A stretch of 62,037 nucleotides of DNA, filler included, from Nitrospinae bacterium RIFCSPLOWO2_12_FULL_45_22 (GTDB lineage Bacteria; 2-12-FULL-45-22), in NCBI GenBank assembly GCA_001803565.1. It is 6 parts of 6 records of this genome, joined end to end, with 100 filler letters (N's around TTAATTAATTAA, not from the genome) between each part and the next. Parts side by side here need not be neighbours in the genome. Positions count along the whole stretch, not along the records: positions 1 to 25,109 come from MHDQ01000157.1; 5 more parts are not named here. One strand, 5' to 3'. Positions 1-8,784 of this stretch are shown piece by piece. Each line of letters opens with the position of its first letter. Position 1 is the first letter of the stretch. The position numbers were made by a program, and so were the translations under genes. The notes beneath the pieces were generated by a model that did not search any database, was not told the origin of the DNA, and saw only the letters and a program-made list of their open reading frames with translations.

Positions 1-464
1 TTAAAAAGGTCCCGCCGGGGCTGTGGTAGGCCCTTCAGGGATGGTTTTTGTGCCTGATAGAAAGGCTTTAGGGTACCGGATCGAAGGTCTTCTATGGCGC
101 TTGCCCAAACCCCTTCCGCCTCACCTATTATGACAGAATCTACATGTTGCTTAGCCTCCTGGGGTAGGAGGGAGGCGTGGATACCACCCATAATTACCTT
201 TACCCCCCGGGCACGATATTCATCGGCAATAGCATAGGCCCTGGGGGCCTGCATCGTCATAGCTGTCAACCCTATTACATCTACTTCTGCCCCAGAGTCA
301 ATATCTTCTATATTTTCGTCTATGAGAGAGACTTGCACATCCGGCGGGGTCAGGGCGGCAACTGATACCAGGCTGAGACGGGGGAACCAAAAGGATTTAA
401 TGGTATCTCTGTTGTGATGAAAAAGATAATCTTTATTAGCAGGCTCTATTAATCGAAGCTTCAT
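1..464 (-). CDS. B12-binding-domain radical SAM protein, N-terminal part (runs off window start)
   Basis: Not in ORF track. Manual translation from ATG at 464 (RBS AGGAGGTG): MKLRLIEP...PRLSLVSVAALTPPD...IDEN...GLTAMTMQAPRAYAIADEYRARGVKVIMGGIHASLLPQEA...IGEAE, a typical cobalamin-binding domain of class B radical SAM enzymes. Confidence 0.85.
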   Translation of the reverse strand, partial: MKLRLIEPANKDYLFHHNRDTIKSFWFPRLSLVSVAALTPPDVQVSLIDENIEDIDSGAEVDVIGLTAMTMQAPRAYAIADEYRARGVKVIMGGIHASLLPQEAKQHVDSVIIGEAEGVWASAIEDLRSGTLKPFYQAQKPSLKGLPQPRRDLF

Positions 465-507
465 ACATCACCTCCTATTTGATAATATTAGTTGTTTTGA
501 TGCAGGC

Positions 508-1188
508 TTATAACTCGACTTGCTTGAATATCTCGGCATAAGCAAGGCATTCTTTTTCTCCAAACCTAGCCCCCATCTGTTTTATGCGTTCTTGCCAGTC
601 CGGGATAGTCTCGATCTGGGTGCTATGTTGGGCAATAGCCCGCAACTTGATCTCTATAAATTCCGTAATATCAACAATAATATCAGGTTTTTCTGGAAAA
701 GTATAATAGATTGACTTGGGCCGGTGGGCATCCAGGCCGATAGCTAAAAACGCCGGAAAGAATAGATGATCCCTTGCGGCTACTATGGCATCAGTAACAG
801 CTATCCCAACGGCCCTATGGTCGGGGTGGATAAGGTAGGGCCGCCAGGGGTCATGGGTAATAACCAGGTCGGGTTTAATATAGCGTATGAGTAGTGCCAG
901 CTCTACCTTCAAGATAGAGTTAACTTCTAGCTCCCCATCGTGATGGCGTAAGAATATGACCCGTTGAACACCTAACAACTGGGCAGCGGCCTCTTGCTCC
1001 CGTTCCCGCAAGGCAGCCAATTGATAAGGGTTCATCTCTAAGTCCTTACTCCCTTTATTACCGTCTGTACAGATAATATAGATTACTTCTTTACCCTCGG
1101 CTGTCCATTTAGCTATAGAGCCGCCACAGGACAGCTCCGGGTCGTCAGGATGAGCGGAAATAACCAGTATTTTCCCTATTTTTTCCAT
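508..1188 (-). CDS. PIG-L/LmbE family N-acetyl deacetylase
   Basis: SAHPDDPE, HPDH and HSTQ motifs; start moved to MEKIGK (ATG 1188). Confidence 0.88.
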   Translation of the reverse strand: MEKIGKILVISAHPDDPELSCGGSIAKWTAEGKEVIYIICTDGNKGSKDLEMNPYQLAALREREQEAAAQLLGVQRVIFLRHHDGELEVNSILKVELALLIRYIKPDLVITHDPWRPYLIHPDHRAVGIAVTDAIVAARDHLFFPAFLAIGLDAHRPKSIYYTFPEKPDIIVDITEFIEIKLRAIAQHSTQIETIPDWQERIKQMGARFGEKECLAYAEIFKQVEL

Positions 1189-2428
1189 AGCGGTTATTAA
1201 AATTGGCAATAACTTTGTTATATAAGAGGATTTCTTGATCGGCAACTTTTGACCATTGGAAATTCTTTGCCCAGGCCATCCCATTTTGCCCCAGCCGGAA
1301 ATTTAATTCTTTGTCGGATAAGAGCAGGTCCAGCTTTTCGGCTAAGCTTCCACCATCCCCGACTGGTACAAGGAAACCAGCTTTATTGTCAGGTATAGTG
1401 AAAGAAAGCCCACCCACGTTAGATGCAACGATAGGAGTCCCACATGCCATAGCTTCTAAAGCAACCATCCCGAAAGACTCATACCGGGAAGGGATAGCTA
1501 AGACATCCGCTGCAGAATAATAATAAGTTAAGACCTCTTGCCTCTGGCCAGGCAAGAAGGAGACTTTCGTAGATATATCAAGTTTTCTTACCAGGGCCTT
1601 TATCCGCTGCAGTTCCTGGTTATCTTCGCTATCAGAATTATCACTGCCGCCTATTATAATAAGTTTTAACCCCGGTGTACTGCGCAGAATAGATATGGCC
1701 TTTACTAAGGTTTCCAGGCCTTTTATAGGATCAATCCTACCAACAAAAAGGACTATTTTTGCTTCATTTAGGCCCAGGAAGGCCCTGGCCTTATGTTTAG
1801 GTATTGGTCGGAAAATAGACGGGTTAACGCCGCATGGGATAACTTCTACCTTATCCGGGACAGCCTCATAAAACTTTATCATATCACTCTTGCCTTGCTG
1901 AGTGGCCGCTTCCAACTGGTCAACATGGCTCATAAGGACCTTCTCCAGCCTGAGGCGTAAAGGGTGCTCTCTATTTCCACCATTATCCATAGCCATATTC
2001 TTCAGGTAACCCAGGGTATGGAACCTTTGAATTACCGGGACTTCCCAATCCTTTTGCAGCTCTTTCGCCACCCCCCCAGAGAGCCAATAATGGGCATGCA
2101 AAAGATCGTATCTGATCCTTTCTTTTCTGGCAAATTCTTTTACCTGGTTGATAAATTCCGGTAAAAAATACCAGAGCAGATTCTTATTGTATGGCTGCGA
2201 TAGCCCCGCCTTAATGTGTATCACCCGTGCTTTTGACCCGAAAGAAACTACCTGGGGCAGATCATGTCTCTGGAGCCGGGTAAAGATATCTACCATAATC
2301 TCTCGGCGGCCCAATTCGTTAGCCAGCTCTTTTATATAGACATTCATACCGCCTGTATCCTGGCCCCCTAAAGGGGCTAAGGGACAGCTATGGACACTTA
2401 TCATTGCCACCCGGTTGAGGCCTACCAT
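1145..2428 (-). CDS. GT4 glycosyltransferase, MshA-like
   Basis: HSCPLAPLGGQDTGGMNVY, HYWLSG, FVGRIDPIKG, ESFGMVALEAMACG motifs. Confidence 0.85.
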   Translation of the reverse strand: MVGLNRVAMISVHSCPLAPLGGQDTGGMNVYIKELANELGRREIMVDIFTRLQRHDLPQVVSFGSKARVIHIKAGLSQPYNKNLLWYFLPEFINQVKEFARKERIRYDLLHAHYWLSGGVAKELQKDWEVPVIQRFHTLGYLKNMAMDNGGNREHPLRLRLEKVLMSHVDQLEAATQQGKSDMIKFYEAVPDKVEVIPCGVNPSIFRPIPKHKARAFLGLNEAKIVLFVGRIDPIKGLETLVKAISILRSTPGLKLIIIGGSDNSDSEDNQELQRIKALVRKLDISTKVSFLPGQRQEVLTYYYSAADVLAIPSRYESFGMVALEAMACGTPIVASNVGGLSFTIPDNKAGFLVPVGDGGSLAEKLDLLLSDKELNFRLGQNGMAWAKNFQWSKVADQEILLYNKVIANFNNRYGKNRENTGYFRSS

Positions 2429-2531
2429 TTTCCTATTCCCATTGAATTAGGGGTCGGGTCAGAAGACCGCGATCCTATCCGCGGGTAGTACTGGGTCTCC
2501 TGATCCAGCAAAAAAGAAATTCCTATCCCAC

Positions 2532-3542
2532 TTAAATCCGTAAAATCAGTTTATAGACCGTATTATCTACTGCCCCAAACTTATATTTGTATGACTCATT
2601 CCCCCGAAGAAAGTCCACTCGCTTGAAACCCTTCTCAATACAGTCCTTAACTATTAACCCTATAAGGACAATGCCGGGACTCCAGGGAGAGTAACGGGGT
2701 TCGTATCCAGAGTTATATATATATAAAGTATCAAGGTATTCAAAACCTATTATACCAGCAATCTTCTTGCCATTAGCGGTTAAGAAGGAGAGGTTTAGCC
2801 AACCCCGCTGGGCGAATAATTCTGCCAGGCTTAAAAAATAGGAGCTCATTTCACCACCCATAAAACCAGCCTTCTCTTCCCGACTTGCCCGATGCAGGAT
2901 AAAGAAATCTTCTATCCCTTCCCTAATTTTGTTAGCATCTTTTATCCTAAGCAGGTCTACCTGGGCCTCGCGGTTGATCTTTCTGGTCTTTCTCTCTAAT
3001 TCATGCCGATCCTTCTTTTTTAAGAGCTGCAGATACTCTTCCCAGCTAGTAGGTAAAGATAGTATCGGGCAAGTATCTTCTGGCAACAGTCGTACTTCAA
3101 AACCAAATTTTTCTGCTGGTTTGACAATCCAGGTCTTTGTTAGTGAATCTTCCGGTAGCCCGGATAATTCTATAGTCCCCTCCCCTTTGATCTTCTCTTT
3201 AAGATAATTTAATATGGAGACCAGAACCGGCTCTATCATGGCCTGATCAATTATCGCGTCCCTATAGTCCCAGGTATTTGTGTCTCCTATAAACTCTACC
3301 ACTACCCCATCCCGACTCTGTTTCATAATCAGCGGTACTATCCCTCTCAACCCTCTCGACTCGTCTCTCACAAGGAGAAAGTGGAAATCTTTGGTATACC
3401 AGAAGTGCTTTAACCATAGGTAGTACCATTCCCAGCAGAAGAATATCTTAGGGGCATGGGAGCGGCTCAAGAGTTGATTCCAGGGCTCTTGCATCTGGAT
3501 AAACTCGGTCCATCCCCTCAACTCTTCTATTATCAACTTCAT
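2532..3542 (-). CDS. GNAT N-acetyltransferase, CelD/BcsL-like
   Basis: YNSGYEP, SPGIVL, DFLRGNESYKYKFGA motifs. Confidence 0.8.
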   Translation of the reverse strand: MKLIIEELRGWTEFIQMQEPWNQLLSRSHAPKIFFCWEWYYLWLKHFWYTKDFHFLLVRDESRGLRGIVPLIMKQSRDGVVVEFIGDTNTWDYRDAIIDQAMIEPVLVSILNYLKEKIKGEGTIELSGLPEDSLTKTWIVKPAEKFGFEVRLLPEDTCPILSLPTSWEEYLQLLKKKDRHELERKTRKINREAQVDLLRIKDANKIREGIEDFFILHRASREEKAGFMGGEMSSYFLSLAELFAQRGWLNLSFLTANGKKIAGIIGFEYLDTLYIYNSGYEPRYSPWSPGIVLIGLIVKDCIEKGFKRVDFLRGNESYKYKFGAVDNTVYKLILRI

Positions 3543-3780
3543 TTTACCAGGTAACTATTTGGGTGTGGCTATTTAGTCCAAAAAGCAAATTCCTATGCCC
3601 TTAGAATCTGTCACAAAATAACTTGATCAAAGAAGAGGAGATATGGGGATGGTGGGGATAGGGAGATTTATATATAATTCTTTTTATCTCCAACATCTTC
3701 TTTATCCCCTTATCTCCTTGTCTTACACATTTAACTTGATCAAGTTATTGCGTAGCAATGCCTTAGCTCAGGATAGGGCT

Positions 3781-4365
3781 TTATCTTCTGGGGAGAAATA
3801 TGACTCCCTCATGTCCTTCTTCAATAGGACTCTGTCGGTAAAAAGGTATCCCACATATTCTGCTATATTTTATCACCTGGAATCGTTTAAACCCAGCTTT
3901 CTCTATGCCGCATTGAGAAGGGATATTTTCGCGCAGGACAAAGATCAAAGCCCGGGTATAGCCTTTCTCTTTACCATATTGACAAACATAGGTCAAGATA
4001 TAGGGATAAAGGTTCTTACCCCGGTAGTCTGGTAAAGTAAACGCATCATAGAGATAAAACTCTTCATGCTTAACTTTAATAACCTTATCAATCTCTCCTA
4101 CTTCTGCCTCGGAGAAGGCGACCCAACAATAGGCTGCTATGTGAGATTGGTGTACCGCTATCCAGATCATCTCTCCCCGGCCAAACCGGGATTGGCAAAT
4201 CAATTCATCGGCTATCTCTAATAAATTGAAGCAAGGCGATTCAGAAATATTTCTTAATTGATATACCTGAACATCGAGCTTTGGTTTTATAAGAGGCATA
4301 TCCCCAGAAAGGGGAAAGGCGTATAGATAGAGGCAGTTCGCAGAAAATAACCTCTTGAGTTTCAT
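3781..4365 (-). CDS. GNAT family acetyltransferase
   Basis: FTLPDYRGKNL acetyl-CoA-binding motif A; NIPS..GIEKAGF. Confidence 0.75.
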   Translation of the reverse strand: MKLKRLFSANCLYLYAFPLSGDMPLIKPKLDVQVYQLRNISESPCFNLLEIADELICQSRFGRGEMIWIAVHQSHIAAYCWVAFSEAEVGEIDKVIKVKHEEFYLYDAFTLPDYRGKNLYPYILTYVCQYGKEKGYTRALIFVLRENIPSQCGIEKAGFKRFQVIKYSRICGIPFYRQSPIEEGHEGVIFLPRR

Positions 4366-4596
4366 GATCTTTGGGTAAAAACTACAAAGGCACTAAAACA
4401 CAAAGAAAAATATCATGGGTAACAGTTCACAGGGGTCAGGGATCAGTGGTTAGGCAAGCTTTTCTCGGGCTATGAGTCCTTCGCACAATCTCTAAAGATC
4501 GATAACTATTCAAAAATTAAAGTCTTTTCCTGAACCCCGTGAACTGCATTACTATTGACTCTTTTGTGCCTTAGTGCCTTTATGGTTATAACTATT

Positions 4597-5397
4597 TTAA
4601 GTTGTTTCTTTTTTCACCCGGTCCTGCACATAGCGGGAGCGGACCAGGGACCATTGGGAACTCATACGGACAAAATATTGCATCACCCCTCTAGCCTTAG
4701 GATAAATAGTGAAGGGATAGATCCGGTTAGGGTCAATATTATCTACCGCAAATACCCCGATGCGTTGCACAGATAAATAATCCTGAAGCCGGGCAATCCA
4801 GCGCTCCTGGAGCCTTAAGGGGATACCCAAACTCTCCTGGAAGGCAGGTATCACAATAGCATAATCGTGAGTACTACCTTTCTTCCTGCGTAATTCAACC
4901 AATCTTTTAGCCCTCTCTTCCGCCTTTTCATCACATTTGACCTCCAGGTTAACAAGAAAACCCTTTCCTTCCTGCTCAAAATAAAGGTCTGCATCAGTGC
5001 TTTCTCCTGGCGAATAACCCTTTTCTTGCAGGAGGTGGGTGATAGCCATCTTAATATAATCCCTTGCCTCTTGTTCATCAGTGAAAGTACCCTGGGAACG
5101 AGTAGGGAGCAGATTTAGTTTGAGGGGTGCGGCAGGTGGAGGTGCGGGCCTCTTTTCCTTTTCCATTCTCCCTTCACAATAAAACAGATCGGAGTGCTCG
5201 ATCTCTTTATCATCAACAAATTTAACCCTGAGCAATAGTTTGATCCCCCCGGGGTAGTGCTGCTTTTCCAAAATATCCATTCCCTTTACTATAAAATTCT
5301 CAGCTAAGGGTAGTGTGATGAAGATTCCTTTTTGGACAAAGCTTTTATTAATGTCTCGAACAGTTACCCTTTTATCGGCATCTTCAACTGTTGTCAT
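4597..5397 (-). CDS. Hypothetical protein, last gene of ACDS-like cluster; C-terminal domain possibly restriction-endonuclease-like fold; paralog of 7467..8012
   Basis: RBS GGAGG; LQEKGY..DADLYF..NLEVK..DYAIVIP pattern. Confidence 0.7.
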   Translation of the reverse strand: MTTVEDADKRVTVRDINKSFVQKGIFITLPLAENFIVKGMDILEKQHYPGGIKLLLRVKFVDDKEIEHSDLFYCEGRMEKEKRPAPPPAAPLKLNLLPTRSQGTFTDEQEARDYIKMAITHLLQEKGYSPGESTDADLYFEQEGKGFLVNLEVKCDEKAEERAKRLVELRRKKGSTHDYAIVIPAFQESLGIPLRLQERWIARLQDYLSVQRIGVFAVDNIDPNRIYPFTIYPKARGVMQYFVRMSSQWSLVRSRYVQDRVKKETT

Positions 5398-5422
5398 AAT
5401 GGATTATTCCTCCCTTCCTCGT

Positions 5423-5905
5423 CTATCGGACCAATTCCAGGGCCCCAAAGGGACACCTCATCGCACATGCCCTGCAGTATTCTGGTGGGTCAGCCTTTCT
5501 CTTGCAACGGTATGGATTAACCACATGAATAATACCATCAATTACCTGAAGAACTGACACGCTTTCAGTAAAGGCGGGCATTTCACCTCTGGGCCGGACG
5601 CGGCTCCTTCTCCCCAGGCTGCAAACCATAATACAGTCACCGCATCCCACACATTTTTCTTGCTTAATAAGGTGGCCACTTTCTGCTATATCTGCTTCCT
5701 CTAGCTCTTCGCCAAAATATTCCTTCAGCAGTTCCATAGAACTGCTAAACTCTTCTTTTTGTAAATCCGGACAGTCCGCCAGGGTCTTTTCTCGGCTGAT
5801 GAGTTCAAAGGCAAAGGCCAAACAGGTCTCACAACCACATGCCTTACAGTCTGTACACGGGAGCAATTGATATATTTGTAGAGGATTAATTCTCTCCTGA
5901 GTCAT
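5423..5905 (-). CDS. Fe-S protein: CFeSP/RnfB-type N-terminal [4Fe-4S] domain plus ferredoxin domain (FwdG-like)
   Basis: LPCTDCKACGCETC...CP, then CVGCGDCIMVC and CRACAMRCP. Confidence 0.85.
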   Translation of the reverse strand: MTQERINPLQIYQLLPCTDCKACGCETCLAFAFELISREKTLADCPDLQKEEFSSSMELLKEYFGEELEEADIAESGHLIKQEKCVGCGDCIMVCSLGRRSRVRPRGEMPAFTESVSVLQVIDGIIHVVNPYRCKRKADPPEYCRACAMRCPFGALELVR

Positions 5906-6243
5906 GCTTCCACCACTTCTGCTATGACTTCTATTCGTTTAAAATTAGGTAATTGTGCCTTTACGGGATCATATTCCGTCAATTTATTGATATAAGAACT
6001 CACTGGCACGAAACCAACCCCTGGGGGGCAGTTGGCATCTGCCTTTACCTTCATTACTATGGCACCCATAGAATCACTAAGCCTGATCATATCACCTTCC
6101 GATATAGCCAGTGTCTCTAAATCAGTTGGTGCCATACTTATCTGGCTTGACAGCTCCTGGTAATTAGCTTCACTACCCTCTGTTTGCCTTATTGCCCATT
6201 GGTAAGCATCCCGGTAAGTGACAATCACCAGTTTGATTTTCAT
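5902..6243 (-). CDS. Molybdopterin dinucleotide-binding subunit, FwdD/FmdD-like
   Basis: 113 aa, MAPTDLETLAISEGD..GVGFVP..PNFK; ATGA overlaps with both neighbours. Confidence 0.8.
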   Translation of the reverse strand: MKIKLVIVTYRDAYQWAIRQTEGSEANYQELSSQISMAPTDLETLAISEGDMIRLSDSMGAIVMKVKADANCPPGVGFVPVSSYINKLTEYDPVKAQLPNFKRIEVIAEVVEA

Positions 6244-7460
6244 ACTCCCTCCAGCAGCCGGCTAATAATTTCTTCATCGCTAGGACGATCGGTCTCTTTT
6301 ATAGGACTTAAGGTCACCTCAGTCCCATCCATACGCACTACTCTCCCCCCAGCTTCTATGCCCGAGATAGCGCCCCCGAATACTACGGTAGAATGCATAC
6401 TCGTGGGGGTTATATATGGGTCAAGAGTTATCAGTGATATCCCCCGGTTCAAATTTTTTGCTAAGGAAGCAGGTAAGCTGGAGTATGGGTCTGTTCCTAC
6501 AATCAGGATACAATCAGCCTCCTGGTTGCGTACCTGTTCTAAGAAAGAAAACTGAGGACCATGAGATATGCCATTAGCAAAAGATATTTTGTTAACATGG
6601 CCGGTCTGCTGATATAATAAATGGTTCAAACCCCTCATATTAGTATGGCAGGCCATAGGAATGACTGCCAGGCCTATACCTAGAATGTTCTTTATGGTCT
6701 CAATCAGTTGCTGGAAGAGAGAAAAATCTCCATCTAAAGCATAGGTTAACCCTAAACCCACGAATATAATCGGAAACTGGGACTTTTTTAGGAGCTCCAC
6801 GAAGGCCCGGGCATCTTCTCTTCCTGAGTCCTCTTTTATGACCGTCAAAATGGAGATTATAAAATCTCTATCCTCACCAGGCAACAGTCTAAAGGCATGT
6901 CTACAGCGCCGGCTAAGCTCGGTATCCCTTACATCAACACAACTAAGCCCGGCGGGTTTAGCCCGCTCAAAGGGATAATAAGCAAACCGAGATATGTGTC
7001 TTGGGTGAGAGTGGTAAGGATTGGAACCCCAATAGACGAGCAAATCAGCCTCTTTTAGCTGGGGAAAAGAGCAAGAGGGTAAAGTTCCCGTAAGGATATT
7101 CTCTACTACCGTGCCCTGACAGAAAGAGGAGCAGTCATCTATTGTGGCTCCCAGGGTACGGGAAAGTTCAATAGCCCTGGCCTGGGCTTCCAGGGTAGAA
7201 TTATCCAGGCCAAAGATAAGGGGTTTTTTTGCCTGTCGGAGCAATTGGGTGGCGGTATCAAGGGCTTCTGTTAAGTCTCCTCTCTCTCCCTTTACCAGGC
7301 AGGGTGGATTACGTCTTTCGTTTATATTATGGGCATAAATAAAAGCTGCCCCTTTCCTGCAGGCATTTTCTACCCGGGTGATAACATCTCCTTCCTGCTC
7401 AACTCCAATATCATCACATAGACAGCTACAACCGGTACAAACAAGATTTTTATAGGACAT
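6240..7460 (-). CDS. Formylmethanofuran dehydrogenase subunit B-like Mo/W-pterin protein (divergent active site)
   Basis: CTGCSCLCDD...NACRKG Fe-S motif, SSFCQG metal-ligand Cys, WGSNPYHSHPRH, GIEAGG..RMDG. Confidence 0.88.
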   Translation of the reverse strand: MSYKNLVCTGCSCLCDDIGVEQEGDVITRVENACRKGAAFIYAHNINERRNPPCLVKGERGDLTEALDTATQLLRQAKKPLIFGLDNSTLEAQARAIELSRTLGATIDDCSSFCQGTVVENILTGTLPSCSFPQLKEADLLVYWGSNPYHSHPRHISRFAYYPFERAKPAGLSCVDVRDTELSRRCRHAFRLLPGEDRDFIISILTVIKEDSGREDARAFVELLKKSQFPIIFVGLGLTYALDGDFSLFQQLIETIKNILGIGLAVIPMACHTNMRGLNHLLYQQTGHVNKISFANGISHGPQFSFLEQVRNQEADCILIVGTDPYSSLPASLAKNLNRGISLITLDPYITPTSMHSTVVFGGAISGIEAGGRVVRMDGTEVTLSPIKETDRPSDEEIISRLLEGV

Positions 7461-7466
7461 AGCACC

Positions 7467-8012
7467 TTAATATTCTTCCTCTTCCCAAAGCTCCTTGGAA
7501 AGCTGCATAGCCAAAACACCATCCAGGGATTGCTTTCCTAATGCAAAATACTCTTTGCATGTCTTATCTAAAGGTTCACCTACCAGACACCAGACATATT
7601 CTTCATCTGGGTTAGCAAACCAAACCATAAACTTGTTTCTCTTGATCTCAAAATACTTCCAACCTTTCTCGGTCCGAAAGAATTCCAACATCAAGAATTC
7701 GTTAACCGGCGGTACTACAATCGTATAGTCAATCTTATCCCCCCGGACTGATCTGATAGCGGCTAACTTTGTTAGCCCTTCCAGGGCCACATCAAAGTGT
7801 TGACACCCTATCCCGACAATCTCGTAAGTCTTATCGCCCTCGACCCTTTTGGCATGAAAATCTGGTTTAGCAAAACCGATATAGGTTTCTGGAAGGATTT
7901 CATAACCAACATCCTGTAAGAATTGCTTGGTCCAACCCACTATTTCTTCCACCGGGAAATACCATTCCCTAAAGTCCCCTTCTTTAACCCTATCAGGCCT
8001 ATCCTTTGCCAT
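7467..8012 (-). CDS. Hypothetical protein, paralog of the C-terminal domain of 4597..5397
   Basis: FLQDVGY..KPDFHAK..DYTIVVPP; lies in the cluster with short spacers. Confidence 0.7.
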   Translation of the reverse strand: MAKDRPDRVKEGDFREWYFPVEEIVGWTKQFLQDVGYEILPETYIGFAKPDFHAKRVEGDKTYEIVGIGCQHFDVALEGLTKLAAIRSVRGDKIDYTIVVPPVNEFLMLEFFRTEKGWKYFEIKRNKFMVWFANPDEEYVWCLVGEPLDKTCKEYFALGKQSLDGVLAMQLSKELWEEEEY

Positions 8013-8179
8013 ATCCCATCAACCCCTTCTATGCTCAGTTGTGATCGTTTACCCATCTAACCGTTCTCTGGCCACTAAGACCCAAAGACGCCAAGGGAGC
8101 GTAAAACTCAAAGCTAAAAGTGCAAAGCTAAGGAATAATTACCTTAGCTTTGCCCTTTACACTTTACGTTTTGAGTCTC

Positions 8180-8647
8180 TTATAACGCTTTTATCAACTG
8201 TTCAAGGTTTTGTTGATACTGTTTTAATGAAGCATCGCCTAAAGAGTAATTAGCTTCCTTTATATACACATTACCTAAGGCAACAGTCTCAGCACCCTTG
8301 ACTCCCGAAGTTAGCCCCCGCGCAACTTTGGGACTATAGCCTAAAAATATAAGCAATTCCGGCTTCTCAGTCGTGATGGGTTCTTTCCATTCTGGTCCTC
8401 GGATAAAATCAACTATTTCGGCAGCATACTTTTTTGCTACCTTTTCCACTCCCCGCTCTTTCAAGCCCTTGGCGGTATTGGCCGTAGCTGCTACCGGCAA
8501 TTTTAGCTTCTTAGCGATCTCAGCGGCATAATCCAGTAATGACTTACCATCGAAATTGAGTTCATTACACAACGCCCCGGTCAGGAGTAAGGCCCTCTTT
8601 TTGCTTTTAAGGCAGGTAGCCAATTCAGACGGTCGTTTAGCGCTCAT
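8180..8647 (-). CDS. cdhB: ACDS epsilon subunit (CdhB)-like protein
   Basis: Follows cdhA; KRALLLTG, PVAATA, LLIFLG, ANYSL patterns; RBS GGAGG. Confidence 0.75.
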   Translation of the reverse strand: MSAKRPSELATCLKSKKRALLLTGALCNELNFDGKSLLDYAAEIAKKLKLPVAATANTAKGLKERGVEKVAKKYAAEIVDFIRGPEWKEPITTEKPELLIFLGYSPKVARGLTSGVKGAETVALGNVYIKEANYSLGDASLKQYQQNLEQLIKAL

Positions 8648-8784
8648 ATTTCCTCCCCCTTTAGCTATTCATTTAAATTAATCCGGATACATGTTTTCGC
8701 GGATATTCGCAGAATTTCCGGGCTTGGGGGTCAGGGCTCGGGAAACGGCTGGCTCCTGATCTCTGACCCCTGACAGCCATATGC

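Noticed and set aside
6240-7460. Selenocysteine in the FwdB-like subunit
   Set aside because: The metal-ligand position is a Cys codon and the frame has no internal TGA
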